Shown here one piece after another: positions 12,203 through 25,100 of a stretch of 64,000 bases of DNA. A program made the translations under genes and the position numbers. The first letter of the stretch is position 1. Each line of letters starts with the position of its first letter. Location of the stretch: contig CM120640.1 in the NCBI GenBank assembly GCA_051362555.1, positions 70,162,788 to 70,226,787 on the forward strand. The letters are read 5' to 3'. The notes under the pieces were generated by a model. That model saw nothing but the letters and a program-made list of their open reading frames with translations. It ran no database searches and was not told the DNA's origin. The stretch comes from Lingula anatina. Its lineage: Eukaryota; Animalia; Brachiopoda.

Positions 12203-14095
12203 ATGGATTTTGAGGCAGAATGTGACACGGACTGGGGAGTAGTGCCAGACATATTGCTGGTGACTATATTTCAATACCTTTCTGACGCCGATCGCGGAAG
12301 AGCTGCACGTGTTTGTAAACGTTGGGCCCAGATTTCACATTCCCCTTGTCTTTGGAGAAAACGTATTATGAGACTGGGCGCAGTTGACGCGGTGGAAGAA
12401 CGGAAAGCACTCAGGTTTGCCCAACTTTATGGCAGCCATCTACGTCACCTTACAATATACTGCAGTAAGCGACGTGGAAACACGAGGAAGCGCTTCCAGA
12501 GAGTGATGTGCCAAATTTTGGAACACCTGGCGACAGGGCAATGCCAGCTGATAGACCTGAATATTCCCAGAATGGAGTTTTATCGGTTTTGGAGGTTTGA
12601 TTTTTACAGAGAAAAATTATTGAAATCGGTCTGCAGGTTCTTACGCTGCCAAAATTCTCTGCGTTCATTTAACATGCACGCTGCACGCTTAAACATTTTC
12701 AGTGGGTCCCAATTACTCGAAGCTGTCGCAGATGGGAGTGGCCAAACTCTCGAAGTTCTCAATATTGAAGATTATTACCACGACATGATCCAATGTTTTA
12801 GAGTTCCAAAATTCGTTAACACATTGAAAAAGTTTACTAACCTTTCTATTTTGTATTTAAACTACAACTACATATCGGACTTTGTCCTGTGCCTGTTGGC
12901 AGATAACTGTGGAGGAAAACTGCGGTATCTAAGTATTAAAGTTCACAGAAAAGATCCGCACTCTCACGTCACAGAGAAATCATCGTGGCGATTGTTGACC
13001 AACACTTGCCCGGAGCTGGGCGTGGCAGTGGAGTTCGACCACATTGGGACTTACCGCGATATCTCTGCCATCCTGGTTCCCGGAATACCTTTGAAATGTC
13101 TGCAGGTGTGGTCAGGTTACGACCCCCTCGGCGTCTGGAGACTGGAGAGCATCCTGAACCACGTGCAGCAACATTACTGGAAAACCTTAGGTAAAAATTC
13201 TCGAATTTTTAATGTATACAAAATTGTTAGATAAAAACTTCCTAATCTCTCTAATAATATTTCTGTTTTTACATATCGCTTTATTTCCCTCGCACACAGA
13301 AATTCTTTCCCTGGAATACGATAATCCCCAAGAAGTCCTTCACCATGCCTTGTTGTCAATGGTTGTTCGCTGTCGTCTGCTCAAGTCGGTGGACATCCAT
13401 GCGTTTATCGACAGTGCGGCCATAGAGATCCTGTGCAATTTGCAACAGCAAAACAAAATCGGTAAAATCTTAAAATAATTTCCAATTAGTTAAAGATGTT
13501 ACAAAATTTACCAAAAAGGTGTTCTTTTACTTTGTCTTTGTGTAGAATTTTTAAAATAAACTCCGCTTTGGGATGAACAAAGAAGTCAAATGTAAATTTC
13601 AAAACATTTCTTTTGTCATCTGTCGTTTCGGGCATTTCCGTAGATATCCCGTCTCATCATCAACGAATCCAAGGTATTTAGAAGCGTGACACATTTTTTG
13701 GCTCCCCCTCTCTTGCCATTAAGAACATTTTTGAAAATTTTGGCCATCACGTCGGGTTGAATACTTGTATAAAGTGTTCTACAGAAGGTCTTTTCCTTCC
13801 CTTTGAGAAAGAACTGGGTTGAATCCGTCACGTTTTGGAAAGAGAGGCACTCACCCTTCACTACGTGATCTGCCAATCTACATGCAAATGAAAGCCAACT
13901 ATCCCCGAGTACTGTATATACCTCATTTTAAATATTTCAGCGTTAAAGCGTCTTCATGTTTGTGCCAACGGCGACAATGAGCAAAAACGGTTGGAGGTTC
14001 AAGAGATCACAAACAAGTACCAAGCCATGCTTCAGACACAGAATCTCGACTTCAGATTCTTCACAGATATCATATTTGAGGAGGAGGAAGAGTAG
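12203..14095 (+). CDS. F-box/LRR protein, FBXO39-like (~434 aa); exons 12203-13190, 13300-13461, 13941-14095
   Basis: N-terminal F-box (WGVVPDILLVTIFQYLSDADRGRAARVCKRW...SPCLW) and LRR-like repeats (LSILYLNYNYISD). GT-AG junctions keep the frame to a TAG at 14093-14095. Subfamily (FBXO39 versus FBXL3/21 or FBXO33) is less certain. Confidence 0.85.
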
Positions 14096-14394
14096 TGTCA
14101 CAATTCAGACCTCAGCAACAATGGAAAAACTGGGACATAAAAGATAAACCTTATAAACCAAGAATAATTTACACGATTGAAAAAAATTGTATTAATCATA
14201 CTGTGCAAATAAATTGTATCAGATTTTATGAAACAATTTATTTACATGCTATAATTTAAAATAAGAACTTGCTTTAATAATGACAAGTTGCAGTATGTGT
14301 TCTTTCAATTTTAATGTTTAATTTCCTCACTAAATGAGAACATACCTTTGGTGATGCAAACAAATGTAAAAATATTGAATCAACCAAAGGTAAA

Positions 14395-17300
14395 CTATAA
14401 TATACGAGTGATTTTAGGTCCCATTTGAATAACATCAGGAGTTAATTTAGTTTGGTTGCTAGGCTTTCCATCCTTTGAGACAGGTGCACGGCACTGTTCT
14501 CTATATTCTTTAAAGAAACTAGTGAAATGTCTATTTTCATGTTCTGCTCTGTCCCATGGTTGCTCCCATTCCTCTGGGGGCTTGTCACGATACTCCCACA
14601 CATCGTTTGCCTTGGAACCTTCCATCCACTCCTCTCTTCTCTCTCTCTCTGCTTCTAGCAAGTTAGCCTGGTAAAAAAAAAAACAATCAGGTTTAAATTG
14701 GTCTTTGAGGTAATGACAAATTCTCAACCAAGCAACATACAAAGACACAAGATTTAAATAATTGAATATAGGTGGAGTGCCAGGAATGGGGCTATCTTCT
14801 TAACTGACCAAGTTATACCCACATGTTGCATATCAATAAAAATCTTATTTAACAGCTATTCATTTCATATCATTATTTTGTGGCATAATCATTACATAAG
14901 GAGATATAACACTTAATAGGAACAGTGTTTTTAAATACCAATAGGTTATTTCTTCAAGCTCAGTGATAAATGTGAAATTACTAAAACTTTCAGGAAAATA
15001 TAAGTTCTTTTGTTATGTGAAGGTTTAATGCACACTGTATGCCTTTAATTTTGCAGGAAAACAATTCTGCTTACAAGTTTCAGACTGTACTAACCAGCAG
15101 AAAACATGTTATATCAGTTTTACTTTGGTATACGAAACCATGTCCATAGCATTTCTTAAAGCACAATAATATAAAGATCTCACCACATCCTCTTCATCTT
15201 TGCTTGTTTCAAACTTCAGACAGCTTTCATAGTAATCCTTCCACTTTGAGCAATCCTGTGTGTGCCCATAGACAAATCTTTGAAAGACTTTCGATTTATA
15301 TGCTGCAGTAGAAACAATGCTTATCATACTAGTAATTGAAATGTTTCTTAAATTTTAAAGATCATATACAACTCTACAATCAAAGTCCTGGAGCAGACAC
15401 ACTTCAAAAAATAAGGACTTGTTATCTTTAAGATCTACATGTACATGCCAAAAAGGGAAGGGTGAGTTGTACATAAAAATTAATTGACAGCTTTTGCCAC
15501 ATTTTGTAAGTTATGGTCTAAAATCCACCACTTATTGAGTAAACTTACCATTGCAACTTTCAAATTCTGTTTTATAGTAATCACAGTTCCTCAACTAAAA
15601 AGTAAAAAATAACTAGAGGATCAGAGAGGCGATACCGCCTCCGAATATTGTACCACCAGCTGGAGCAAGCGCATTGGTATAGACCCCCACATACACAAAA
15701 GAAGGGACACAGCCACCAGTCTTATGCTTGACAAGCTGTAAAAATGCAATCAACAAGAATTTTCAAAATATGCAAAAATATATATATAACTTAAAATGGT
15801 ACAATCAAAGTTAAGTTCATCGTAAGGTAGGTCAAAGGTCAATTTCAAGGTCACAGTAAATTGCCAGTATATGACTTCCTATTCAACTTTAATGGTAACT
15901 ATGGACCTATCTCTGCCAGGTTTGGAGATAAAAGAGAAAGAAATTTGCAAAATTCAGTTCATAGTGAAAAGTAGGTCAAAGGTCAATTTCAAGGTCACAT
16001 TTAGATTGCCAGTATATGACTTTCCATGCAAGTTCAATAGAAACTATGGACCTATCTCTGCCAGTTTTGGAGATAAAAGGGAACCAAAATTTGCAAAGTT
16101 CAATTCATGATAAAAAGTAGGTCAAAGGTCAATTTCAAGGTCACACTTAGATTGCCAGTATATGACTTTCCATGCAAGTTCAATAGAAACTATGGACCTA
16201 TCTCTGACTTCTTATTCAAGTTCAATAGTAACTATGGACCTATCTCTGCCAGTTTTGTAGATAAAAGGGAAGGAAAATATGCAAAGTTCAGTTCATGGTG
16301 AAAAGTAGGTCAAAGGTCAATTTCAAGGTCACAGTAAAATTGCCAGTATATGACTTCCTATTCAACTTCAATAGTAACTATGGACCTATCTCTGCCAGTT
16401 TTGTAGATAAAAGGGAAGGAAAATATGCAAAGTTCAGTTCATGGTGAAAAGTAGGTCAAAGGTCAATTTCAAGGTCACAGTAAAATTGCCAGTATATGAC
16501 TTCCTATTCAACTTCAATAGTAACTATGGACCTTTCTCTGCCAGTTTTGGAGATATAAGGGACTAAATGTTTTAATTTTGGAGTTACCATAATGTGCCAT
16601 AAATTTCCTACAGAAAAAATTAATTAAAATAAAGAAAAGGTCATTTTGGTCAAAATTCTTGAAATAAGAGGTGTTCTGAAGTTCCAGATGTTCAAATTTG
16701 ATGAAATAATGTCATTTTTGACCACAAGTTGTCTGCTTTGCCAAGCCTTATGTTTTATTTTTCCGGAGTTCAAAATTTATTATCCATTACAGTACTGCAC
16801 ATTTTGCTATCACCACCAATATGTGCCAGTATATGACTTCCTATTCAAGTTCAATAAAAACTATGGACCTATCCAGTTTTGGAGATAAAAGGGAAGCAAA
16901 ATTTGCAAAGTTCAGTTCATGGTGAAAAGTAGGTCAAAGGTCAATTTCAAGGTCACAGTAAGATTGCCAGTATATGACTTCCTATTCAAGTTCAATAGTA
17001 ATTATGGACCTATCTCTGCCAGTTTTGGAGATAAAAGGGAACCAAAATTTGCAAAGTTCAATTCATGATAAAAAGTAGTTCAAAGGTCAATTTCAAGGTC
17101 ACATTTAGATTGCCAGTATATGACTTCCTATTCAACTTCAATAGTAACTATGGACCTATCTCTGCCAGGTTTTGAGTTAAAAGAGAAAGAAATTAGCAGA
17201 GTTCAGTTCATGGTGAAAAGTAGGTCAAAGGTCAATTTCAAGGTCACATTTAGATTGCCAGTATATGACTTCCTATTCAACTTCAATAGTAACTATGGAC

Positions 17301-19091
17301 CTATCTCTGCCAGTTTTGGAGATAAAAGGGAAGCAAAATTTGCAAAGTTCAGTTCATGGTGAAAAGTAGGTCAAAGGTCAATTTCAAGGTCACATTAAGA
17401 TTGCCAGTATATGACTTCATATTCAAGTTCAATAGAAACTATGGACCTATCTCTGCCAGTTTTGGAGATAAAAGGGAAGCAAAATTTGCAAAGTTCAATT
17501 CATGGTGAAAAGTAGGTCAAAGGTCAATTTCAAGGTCACATTTAGATTGGCAGTATATGACTTCCTATTCAAGTTCAATATTAACTATGGACCTATCTCT
17601 GCCAGTTTTGGAGATATAAGGGACTAAATGTTATAATTTTGGAGTTACCTTAATGTGCCAAAAATTTCCTACAGAAAAAATTAATTAAAATAAAGAAAAG
17701 GTCATTTTGGTCGAAATTCTTGAAATGGGAGGTGCTCTGAAGTTCCAGAAGTTCAAATTTGATGAAATAATGTCATTTTTGACCACAAGTTATCTGCTTT
17801 GCCAAGCCTTATGTTTTATTTTTCCAGAGTTCAAAATTTATTATCCATTACCGTACTGCACATTTTGCTTTCACCACAAATATGTACTTTTTGATACAGC
17901 ATAGCTCGAAAACTGTATGGAATACAAAAAAACGGAGACCACCCCCAGTGTTGGGCTTTACATGCTCTACAAAATGCAAAAAAGAATGGGTCTCTAGCAT
18001 TAACGGTTCCCGAATTAGAGACAGTTTTCAGTTTCGGTATCTAATGGCCGCTACTCCCGTTAAAATGCACCGATTGACCCCAAATTCACGGAGATGAAAG
18101 ATGACCTGAAGGGTATCATTTTCCAATAATATTATTGGTTAAGTCTGTGTGGTGTCTGAATAACAGCGCAAATAATTTTTTTTTTCGTAAAAAAATTCAT
18201 TTTTTTGAAAAATTTGGCCTGTTTGACCTTGAAATTAAGGTCAAAGGTCAAATCCAAGGGCATATTTGAAATCTACACATATGACTTTTGGAAAGCCGTC
18301 TGTAGAAAATTTTCCCATAATTCCTTCCGTAGGGTAGATAATTAGCATTTAATTTTGCCATTTTTGGACAAGGGTGCATTGCAATGAATGCCACACCTAG
18401 ACCCCAATACCGACAAAGCCCAAATTTTACGTGGAACGAGTTGAGATTATAGGTGACCTAAATCCAAGAGATGGGTATAGGGGCCCTTACCGTCTAGGAG
18501 GAGAAGCGGTAACGATGACATGGCGGCGGAGCCGGCGGAGCCGCAGGAGCCGGCGGAACGGACCGGACGGGACTAAAACCATGTGTACCGCCAGCGCTAA
18601 CGCTGGTGGTACAATAACATAGATGATATAAATCATATGTGATGCAATTTTATGCAGGTTATCAATACGCAAAAACGAACTCCCCTTTTCTCTTGTTAGC
18701 CTGTAATTAGAAAACTGTGGCAGACGAAAAAAAATCAACTAAAACTTTGCCCTAGGCTACATGTATCTTTGTAAGAAAATTTACGCGTTTAAACGCCCCT
18801 TCCGATCTCTGGCAAAAACTACTTATCCGCACAAATGGTACATACTAACACATGTATCGTAGTAGGCCTACGTCAAACTCATTACTACCAGACAGTCAGT
18901 GTACGCGATAGTGGAGGCGCTGTAACCTAACCGTTTGTCAGTTAAACGTGAGTTTTGACACTGTAACAAAAAATGTATTAGTTTTCACTTACTGGCCATA
19001 AGGAGCTCTTTTTCCTACATATGGAATTTTCTTTCTCTGCTTCGTCTCCAGCCGTACCCAGAGATGTCTGAGAGTTCGAAGAGTTCCCCAT
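14395..19091 (-). CDS. C22orf39: UPF0545 protein C22orf39 homolog (~178 aa); exons 19091-18993, 15594-15549, 15302-15184, 14667-14395
   Basis: Spliced product ...WPLRNCDYYKTEFESC...FQRFVYGHTQDCSKWKDYYESCLKF...LLEAERERR...NDVWEYRDKPPEEWEQP matches the CxxY/CxxWxxDYxxC/VWxxRxxPPxxW pattern of the family. All junctions are GT-AG and phase-compatible. Confidence 0.85.
15611..18617 (-). mobile_element. Non-autonomous Helentron/HINE-like element (copy A) with an internal ~146-bp satellite, in C22orf39 intron 1
   Basis: Subterminal inverted repeats ATTGTACCACCAGC (~15647) / GCTGGTGGTACAAT (~18602). Hairpin TGTACCGCCAGCG-ctaa-CGCTGGTGGTACA at one end, hairpin GAGGCG-atac-CGCCTC plus a CTAG/TT terminus at the other. 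GC-rich microsatellite-like tract at 18520-18570 and two blocks of ~146-bp tandem repeats. Confidence 0.8.
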
Positions 19092-19153
19092 GCTTTCCAG
19101 TGAAAACGAGACCAGCATAAACTTCCGGTAATGAACTTCCTGTGCAGTCCACA
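19092..19153. promoter_or_regulatory. Putative bidirectional promoter core with two ETS-like sites
   Basis: 62-bp gap between the divergent predicted ATGs of C22orf39 and OGFOD2; contains ACTTCCGG (19121) and ACTTCCTG (19135). Confidence 0.6.
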
Positions 19154-22100
19154 ATGAAGCAATTTTACGTTTGCAGTTGTTTTTTCACTCGGAATATCTT
19201 TGTATCGAAATATGACATTCATTTTAACTTCCATAATCGACAACAGTTTTTGAAAGAATATGGAACGGTGAGAATAGCTTATGAATTATAATTCTTTGGT
19301 CAATTTCCAATCCCAACATTAGCGGACGTAAAATTAGGGAGTGGTGTATTAACTTTAGGCCTAGTCCGAAAATTTAGCCTGTGAAATAAAAAAAAGTGTG
19401 TACAAAAGTGCTGAATAGGGTAGGCAAGTTAGGTTGGAAATAATTCCCCATTTTTGACTGCTTACTTGCGAGGAACATGTCAAAACATAAAGGCATAACT
19501 CGCAGCTTTTCAACTGCCTCTGGCTCTGTATAACTTACAGTAATCCGGTAAGTTACTGTTGAGTGTTGTTCCAGCCTTCATGTACGTATATATTACAAGG
19601 ATAATAACATTTGTTTCTCACCATGAATGCCTGAGACCAGACCAGGAAATGGGTTCTAGGATGCTTGACTTCTTGTGACTCTCTCAATGACAGTATTTAT
19701 TTTATATGATAAAAACAATGTGACGCCAACTTCACTGTCTTTGTCCTGGTATCCTGTACATTTGTTATTATGTCCCAACCTTTTGGTAGGCCTAAGTTTG
19801 TTTAAACTGATACTGAAACATTTCTCTTTTTCTTTTTAGATTTTGAAACAAAAGGGATGTGATACAGATGCCAAAGTAAACCAGTTAATAACAGAGGTAG
19901 TGATCGATAAAACATTTACTTTTATATTTGGAGCTGGAAGTTATTTGTGAAAAATGTGATTTTCATAAGCAGATATAAAATAATTGGGAATTGTTAATTA
20001 TGAATGACATTTCTTTTGACTTGAAAGCACCTTGTAAAGTTTTTTTAATGTTGTTTGTGATTTGTGAACATGTACAGGTACATGTATATTGCCTACTATG
20101 GGTGTATAAAAATACTCAGTATGAACTGTTCTCACCTTACACTCATTTTATAGGTGACATAAATGTATCTGTCTTATCTTAGATTCAAGAAGAAATTGAA
20201 AGACGGAAATCACTGGGTCAGCAGACTTTGAAGAGAAGTGAGGAAATTCAGCAGAAGTACACCCCGCTGAAACCACATGTGTATAACCTTCAGGTAGACA
20301 AGAGTTATTATGACATTGTTGGGCAGGGTAACTGAGAGAGAAACTACTGTATCAAGAACATATGATAATATCAGTCCCTGAAAAACTGTGAGAAGAATCA
20401 TCAGTTTTGCAAAGTCTGAAAACTGTTGATGATTTCAAATTCTTGAAAGGACTTCCTTTTGTGTGAAAGCACCCCAGTGATTTTTTTACTTGACAGGTTA
20501 TTAATCCTTTCCAAAGTAGCATTATAAAAGTACATGTCAATTGAGTAACATGACATATAGGATCCACCAAATCAGTAGCTTATAAAGACAAAATCAAAAT
20601 GTTCCACACCTTACAGGAAAACTTCTTAGCCCCAGCATTCCTGAGGTTGGTGGAACACTGCAAGTTACCAGAGGCAACAAAAGATAGTGTGGTGCAGAAG
20701 TTGGGGATGGAAACAGGTAAGTCATTGGAGGATATATAGACATAAAATGTACAATAATAAAGTAACTTTATGATTTTAAGCTTTTGATTTCCTTTACCCA
20801 AAATGTTTTAAAGCATTTGCAATACCTTTGCTACAATGCTAGCTGAAACTCCCCTTAAATTTCTGAAGTACTTATTACAAATATTTCTTAATAGTAATTT
20901 TATTTTTCTTTACAGCGGACAGAGTGTATTCATTTCCGGTTTTCACTCCACAGTTTTGTGAAGATTTCATAGAAGAAATGATTAATTTTGAAAATTCAGA
21001 CATGCCTAAAGGAAGGCCAAATACAATGAACAAATATGGGGTAAGAACTGAAAGATGATGCCAGTAATTGTACCACCAGCGTAGGCGCTGGCGGTACCCA
21101 TGGTTTTAGTCCCGACCCGTATGTTCCGCCGGCTCCTGCGGCTCCTGCGGCTCCGCCGGCTCCGCCGCCAAGTCACTGTTACCGCTTCTCCTCCTAGACG
21201 GTAAGGGCCCCTGTACCCATCTCTTGGATTTAGGTCACCTATAATCTCAACTCGTTCCACGTAAAATTTGGGCTTTGTCGGTATTGGGGTCTAGGTGTGG
21301 CACTCATTGCAATGCACCCTTGTCTAAAAATGGCAAAATTAAATGCTAATTATCTACCCTACGGAAGGAGTTATGGGAAAAATTTCTACAGACAGCTTTC
21401 CAAAAGTCATATGTGTAGATTTCAAATATGCCCTTGGATTTGACCTTTGACCTTTATTTCAAGGTCAAACGGGCCAAAATTTTCAAAAAAATGAAATTTT
21501 TTACGAAAAAAATTTTTTTTTGCCCTGTTATTCAGACACCACACAGACTTAACCAATAATATTATTGGAAAGTGTTACCCTTCGGGTCATCTTTCATCTC
21601 CGTGAATTTGGGGTTAATCGGTGCATTTTCACGGGAGTAGCGGCCATAAAGTACCGAAACTGAAAACTGTCTCTAATTCGGGAACCGTTAATGCTAGAGA
21701 CCCATTCTTTTTTGCATTTTGTAGAGCATGTAAAGCCCAACACTGGAGGTGGTCTCCATTTTTTTGTATTCCATACGGTTTTCAAGTTATGCTGTATCAA
21801 AAAGTACATATTGGTGGTGAAAGCAAAATGTGCAGTACGGTAATGGATAATAAATTTTGAACTCTGGAAAAATAATACATAAGGCTTGGCAGAGCAGACA
21901 ACTTGTGGTCAAAAATGACATTATTTCATCAAATTTGAACTTCTGGAACTTCAGAGCACTTCCTATTTTAAGAATTTTGACCAAAATGATGTTTTCTTTA
22001 TTTTAATTAATCTTTTCTGTAGGAAATTTATGGCACATTATGGTAACTCCAAAATTATAACATTTAGTCCCTTATATCTCCAAAACTGGCAGAGACAGGT

Positions 22101-25100
22101 CCATAGTTACTATTGAAGTTGAATAGGAAGTCATATAGTGGCAATCTTACTGTGACCTTGAAATTGACGTTTGACCTACTTTTCACCATGAACCGCACTT
22201 TGCAAATTTTGCTTCCCTTTTATCTCCAAAACTGGCAGAGATAGGTCCATAGTTACTATTGAACTTGAATAGGAAGTCATATACTGGCAATCCAAATGTG
22301 ACCTTGAAATTGACCTTTGACCTACTTTTCACCATGAACTGAACTTTGCAAATTTTGCTTCCCTTTTATCTCCAAACCTGGCAGAGATAGGTCCATAGTT
22401 ACTATTGAAGTTGAATGGGAAGTCATATACTGGCACTCTAAATGTGACCTTAAAATTGACCTTTGACCTACTTTTCACCATGAACTGAACTTTGCAAATT
22501 TTGCTTCCCTTATATCTCCAAAACTGGCAGAGATAGGTCCATAGTTTCTATTGAAGTTGAATGGGAAGTCATATACTGGCAATCTTAATGTGACCTTAAA
22601 ATTGACCTTTGACCTACTTTTCACCATGAACTGAACTTTGCAAATTTTGCTTCCCTTATATCTCCAAAACTGGCAGAGATAGGTCCATGGGTACTGTTGA
22701 ACTTGAATAGGAAGTCATATACTGGCAATCTAAATGTGACCTTAAAATTGACCTTTGACCTACTCTTCACCATGAACTGAACTTTGCAAATTTTGCTTCC
22801 CTTATATCTCCAAAACTGGCAGAGATACGTCCATAGTTACTATTGAAGTTGAATGGGAAGTCATATACTGGCAATCTAAATGTGACCTTAAAATTGACCT
22901 TTGACCTACTTTTCACCATGAACTGAACTTTGCAAATTTTGCTTCCCTTTTATCTCCAAAACTGGCAGAGATAGGTCCATAGTTACTATTGAACTTGAAT
23001 AGGAAGTCATATACTGGCAATCTAAATGTGACCTTAAAATTGACCTTTGACCTACTTTTCACCATGAACTGAACTTTGCAAATTTTGCTTCCCTTTTATC
23101 TCCAAAACTGGCAGAGATAGGTCCATAGTTACTATTGAACTTGAATAGGAAGTCATATATTGGCAATCTAAATGTGACCTTAAAATTGACCTTTGACCTA
23201 CTTTTCACTATGAACTGAATTTTGCAAATTTTGCTTCCCTTTTATCTCTAAAGTTACGCTGTATCAAAAAATACATATTGGTGGTGAAAGCAAAATGTGC
23301 AGTACGGTAATGGATAATAAATTTTGAACTCCGGAAAAATAATACATAAGGCTTGGCAAAGCAGACAACTTGTAGTCAAAAATGACATTATTTCATCAAA
23401 TTTGAACACCTGGAACTTCAGAGCACCTCCCATTTCAGGAATTTTGACCAAAATGACCTTTTCTTTATTTTAATTAATTTTTTCTGTAGGAAATGTATGG
23501 CACTTTATGGTAACTCCAAAATTATAACATTTAGTCCCTTTTATTTGCAAAACTGGCAGAGATAGGTCCATAGATACTATTGAACTTGAATAGAAAGTCA
23601 TATACTGGCAATCTTACTGTGACCTTGAAATTGACATTTGACCTATTTTTCACCATGAACTGAACTTTGCAAATTTTGCTTCCCTTTTATCTCCAAAACT
23701 GGCAGAGATAGGTCCATAGTTACTATTGAACTTGAATAGGAAGTCCTATACTGGCAATCTTACTGTGACCTTGAAATTGACCTTTGACCTACTTTTCACC
23801 ATGAACTGTTTTTTGTAAATTTTGCTTCCCTTTTATCTCTAAAACTGGCAAAGATAGGTCTATAGTTACTATTGAACTTGAATAGGAAGTCATATACTGG
23901 CAATCTAAGTGTGACCTTGAAATTGACCTTTGACCCACTTTTTATCATGAATTGAACTTTGCAAATTTTGGTTCCCTTTTATCTCCAAAACTAGCGAGAT
24001 AGGTCCATAGTTACTATTGAAATTGAATAGGAAGTCATATACTGGCAATCTAAGTGTGACCTTGAAATTGACCTTTGATCTACTTATTATCATGAACTGA
24101 ACTCTGCTAATTTCTTTCTCTTTTAACTCCAAACCTGGCAGAGATAGGTCCATAGTTACTATTGAACTTGAATAGGAAGTCATATACTGGCAATTTACTG
24201 TGACCTTGAAAATGACCTTTCACCTACCTTACGATGAACTTAAATTTGATTGTACCATTTTTAGTTTCATATATTTTTTGCAAATATTGAAAATTCTTGT
24301 TGATTGCATGTTTACAGCTTGTCAAGCACAAGACTGGTGGCTGTGTCCCTTATTTTGTGTATGTGGGGGTCTATACGAATGCGCTTGCTCCAGCTGGTGG
24401 TACAATATTCGGAGGCGGTATCGCCTCTCTGATCCTCTAGTTTGATCAGTAATTTGATAAACTATTTAAAGTCCATATTGTCACACAAGTAAGTGCTTGG
24501 TACAATGCATGTAAAGGTATTAAGTAGTTTTTGATTAACACAGCTTATTGGAAAATTACTTAGATCCAGATATATTCTTTTTGGACCAATTTTATTAATC
24601 ATTACATCAAACATATTTTCAGACTCTGCTAAATGAGCTGGGATTTGACGAAGGTTTAATCACCCCTCTCCGCGAGGACTACCTGAGACCCATCACCAGC
24701 CTGTTGTACCCAGACTGGGGCGGGGACAGCTTGGACTCCCACAAGGCCTTTGTTGTCACATACAAACTGGACCAGGACTTGTCTCTGAGCTACCACTATG
24801 ACAATGCCGAGGTGACACTCAATATATCACTGGGGAGAGACTTTGACGAGGGATCACTGTTCTTTGGAAAAATGAAAGGTTCCCCCCAGCCACATGATAT
24901 GGGCCAGTGTGCGGAATACAAACATAAACCCACACATGGGTTAATACATAGAGGGCAGCACATGCACGGGGCGCTGCCTATTCAGGATGGAGAGAGGTAT
25001 AATCTGATTATTTGGATGAGGTCGTCCAAGGTGCGAAACCAGAAATGTCCCATGTGTGATGAGAAGCCACACCTAGTGCCGACTGTTGGAGGTGGAGATG

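Noticed and set aside
18431-18622. Arg-rich ORF (RRSRRSRRSRR) as a protamine; also 21006-21260
   Set aside because: It is the translation of the GC-rich microsatellite at the Helentron-like element end and has a GTG start only.
19478-19552. ATG...GTAAGT segment as OGFOD2 exon 1
   Set aside because: It has an in-frame stop and no OGFOD2 similarity; 19154-19267 encodes the conserved CxCF N-terminus.
15820-24230. Regularly spaced repeats as a CRISPR array, and the short ORFs within them as genes
   Set aside because: The units are contiguous ~146-bp tandem repeats without unique spacers, there are no cas genes, and the context is eukaryotic intron. The ORFs are recurring translations of the repeat.
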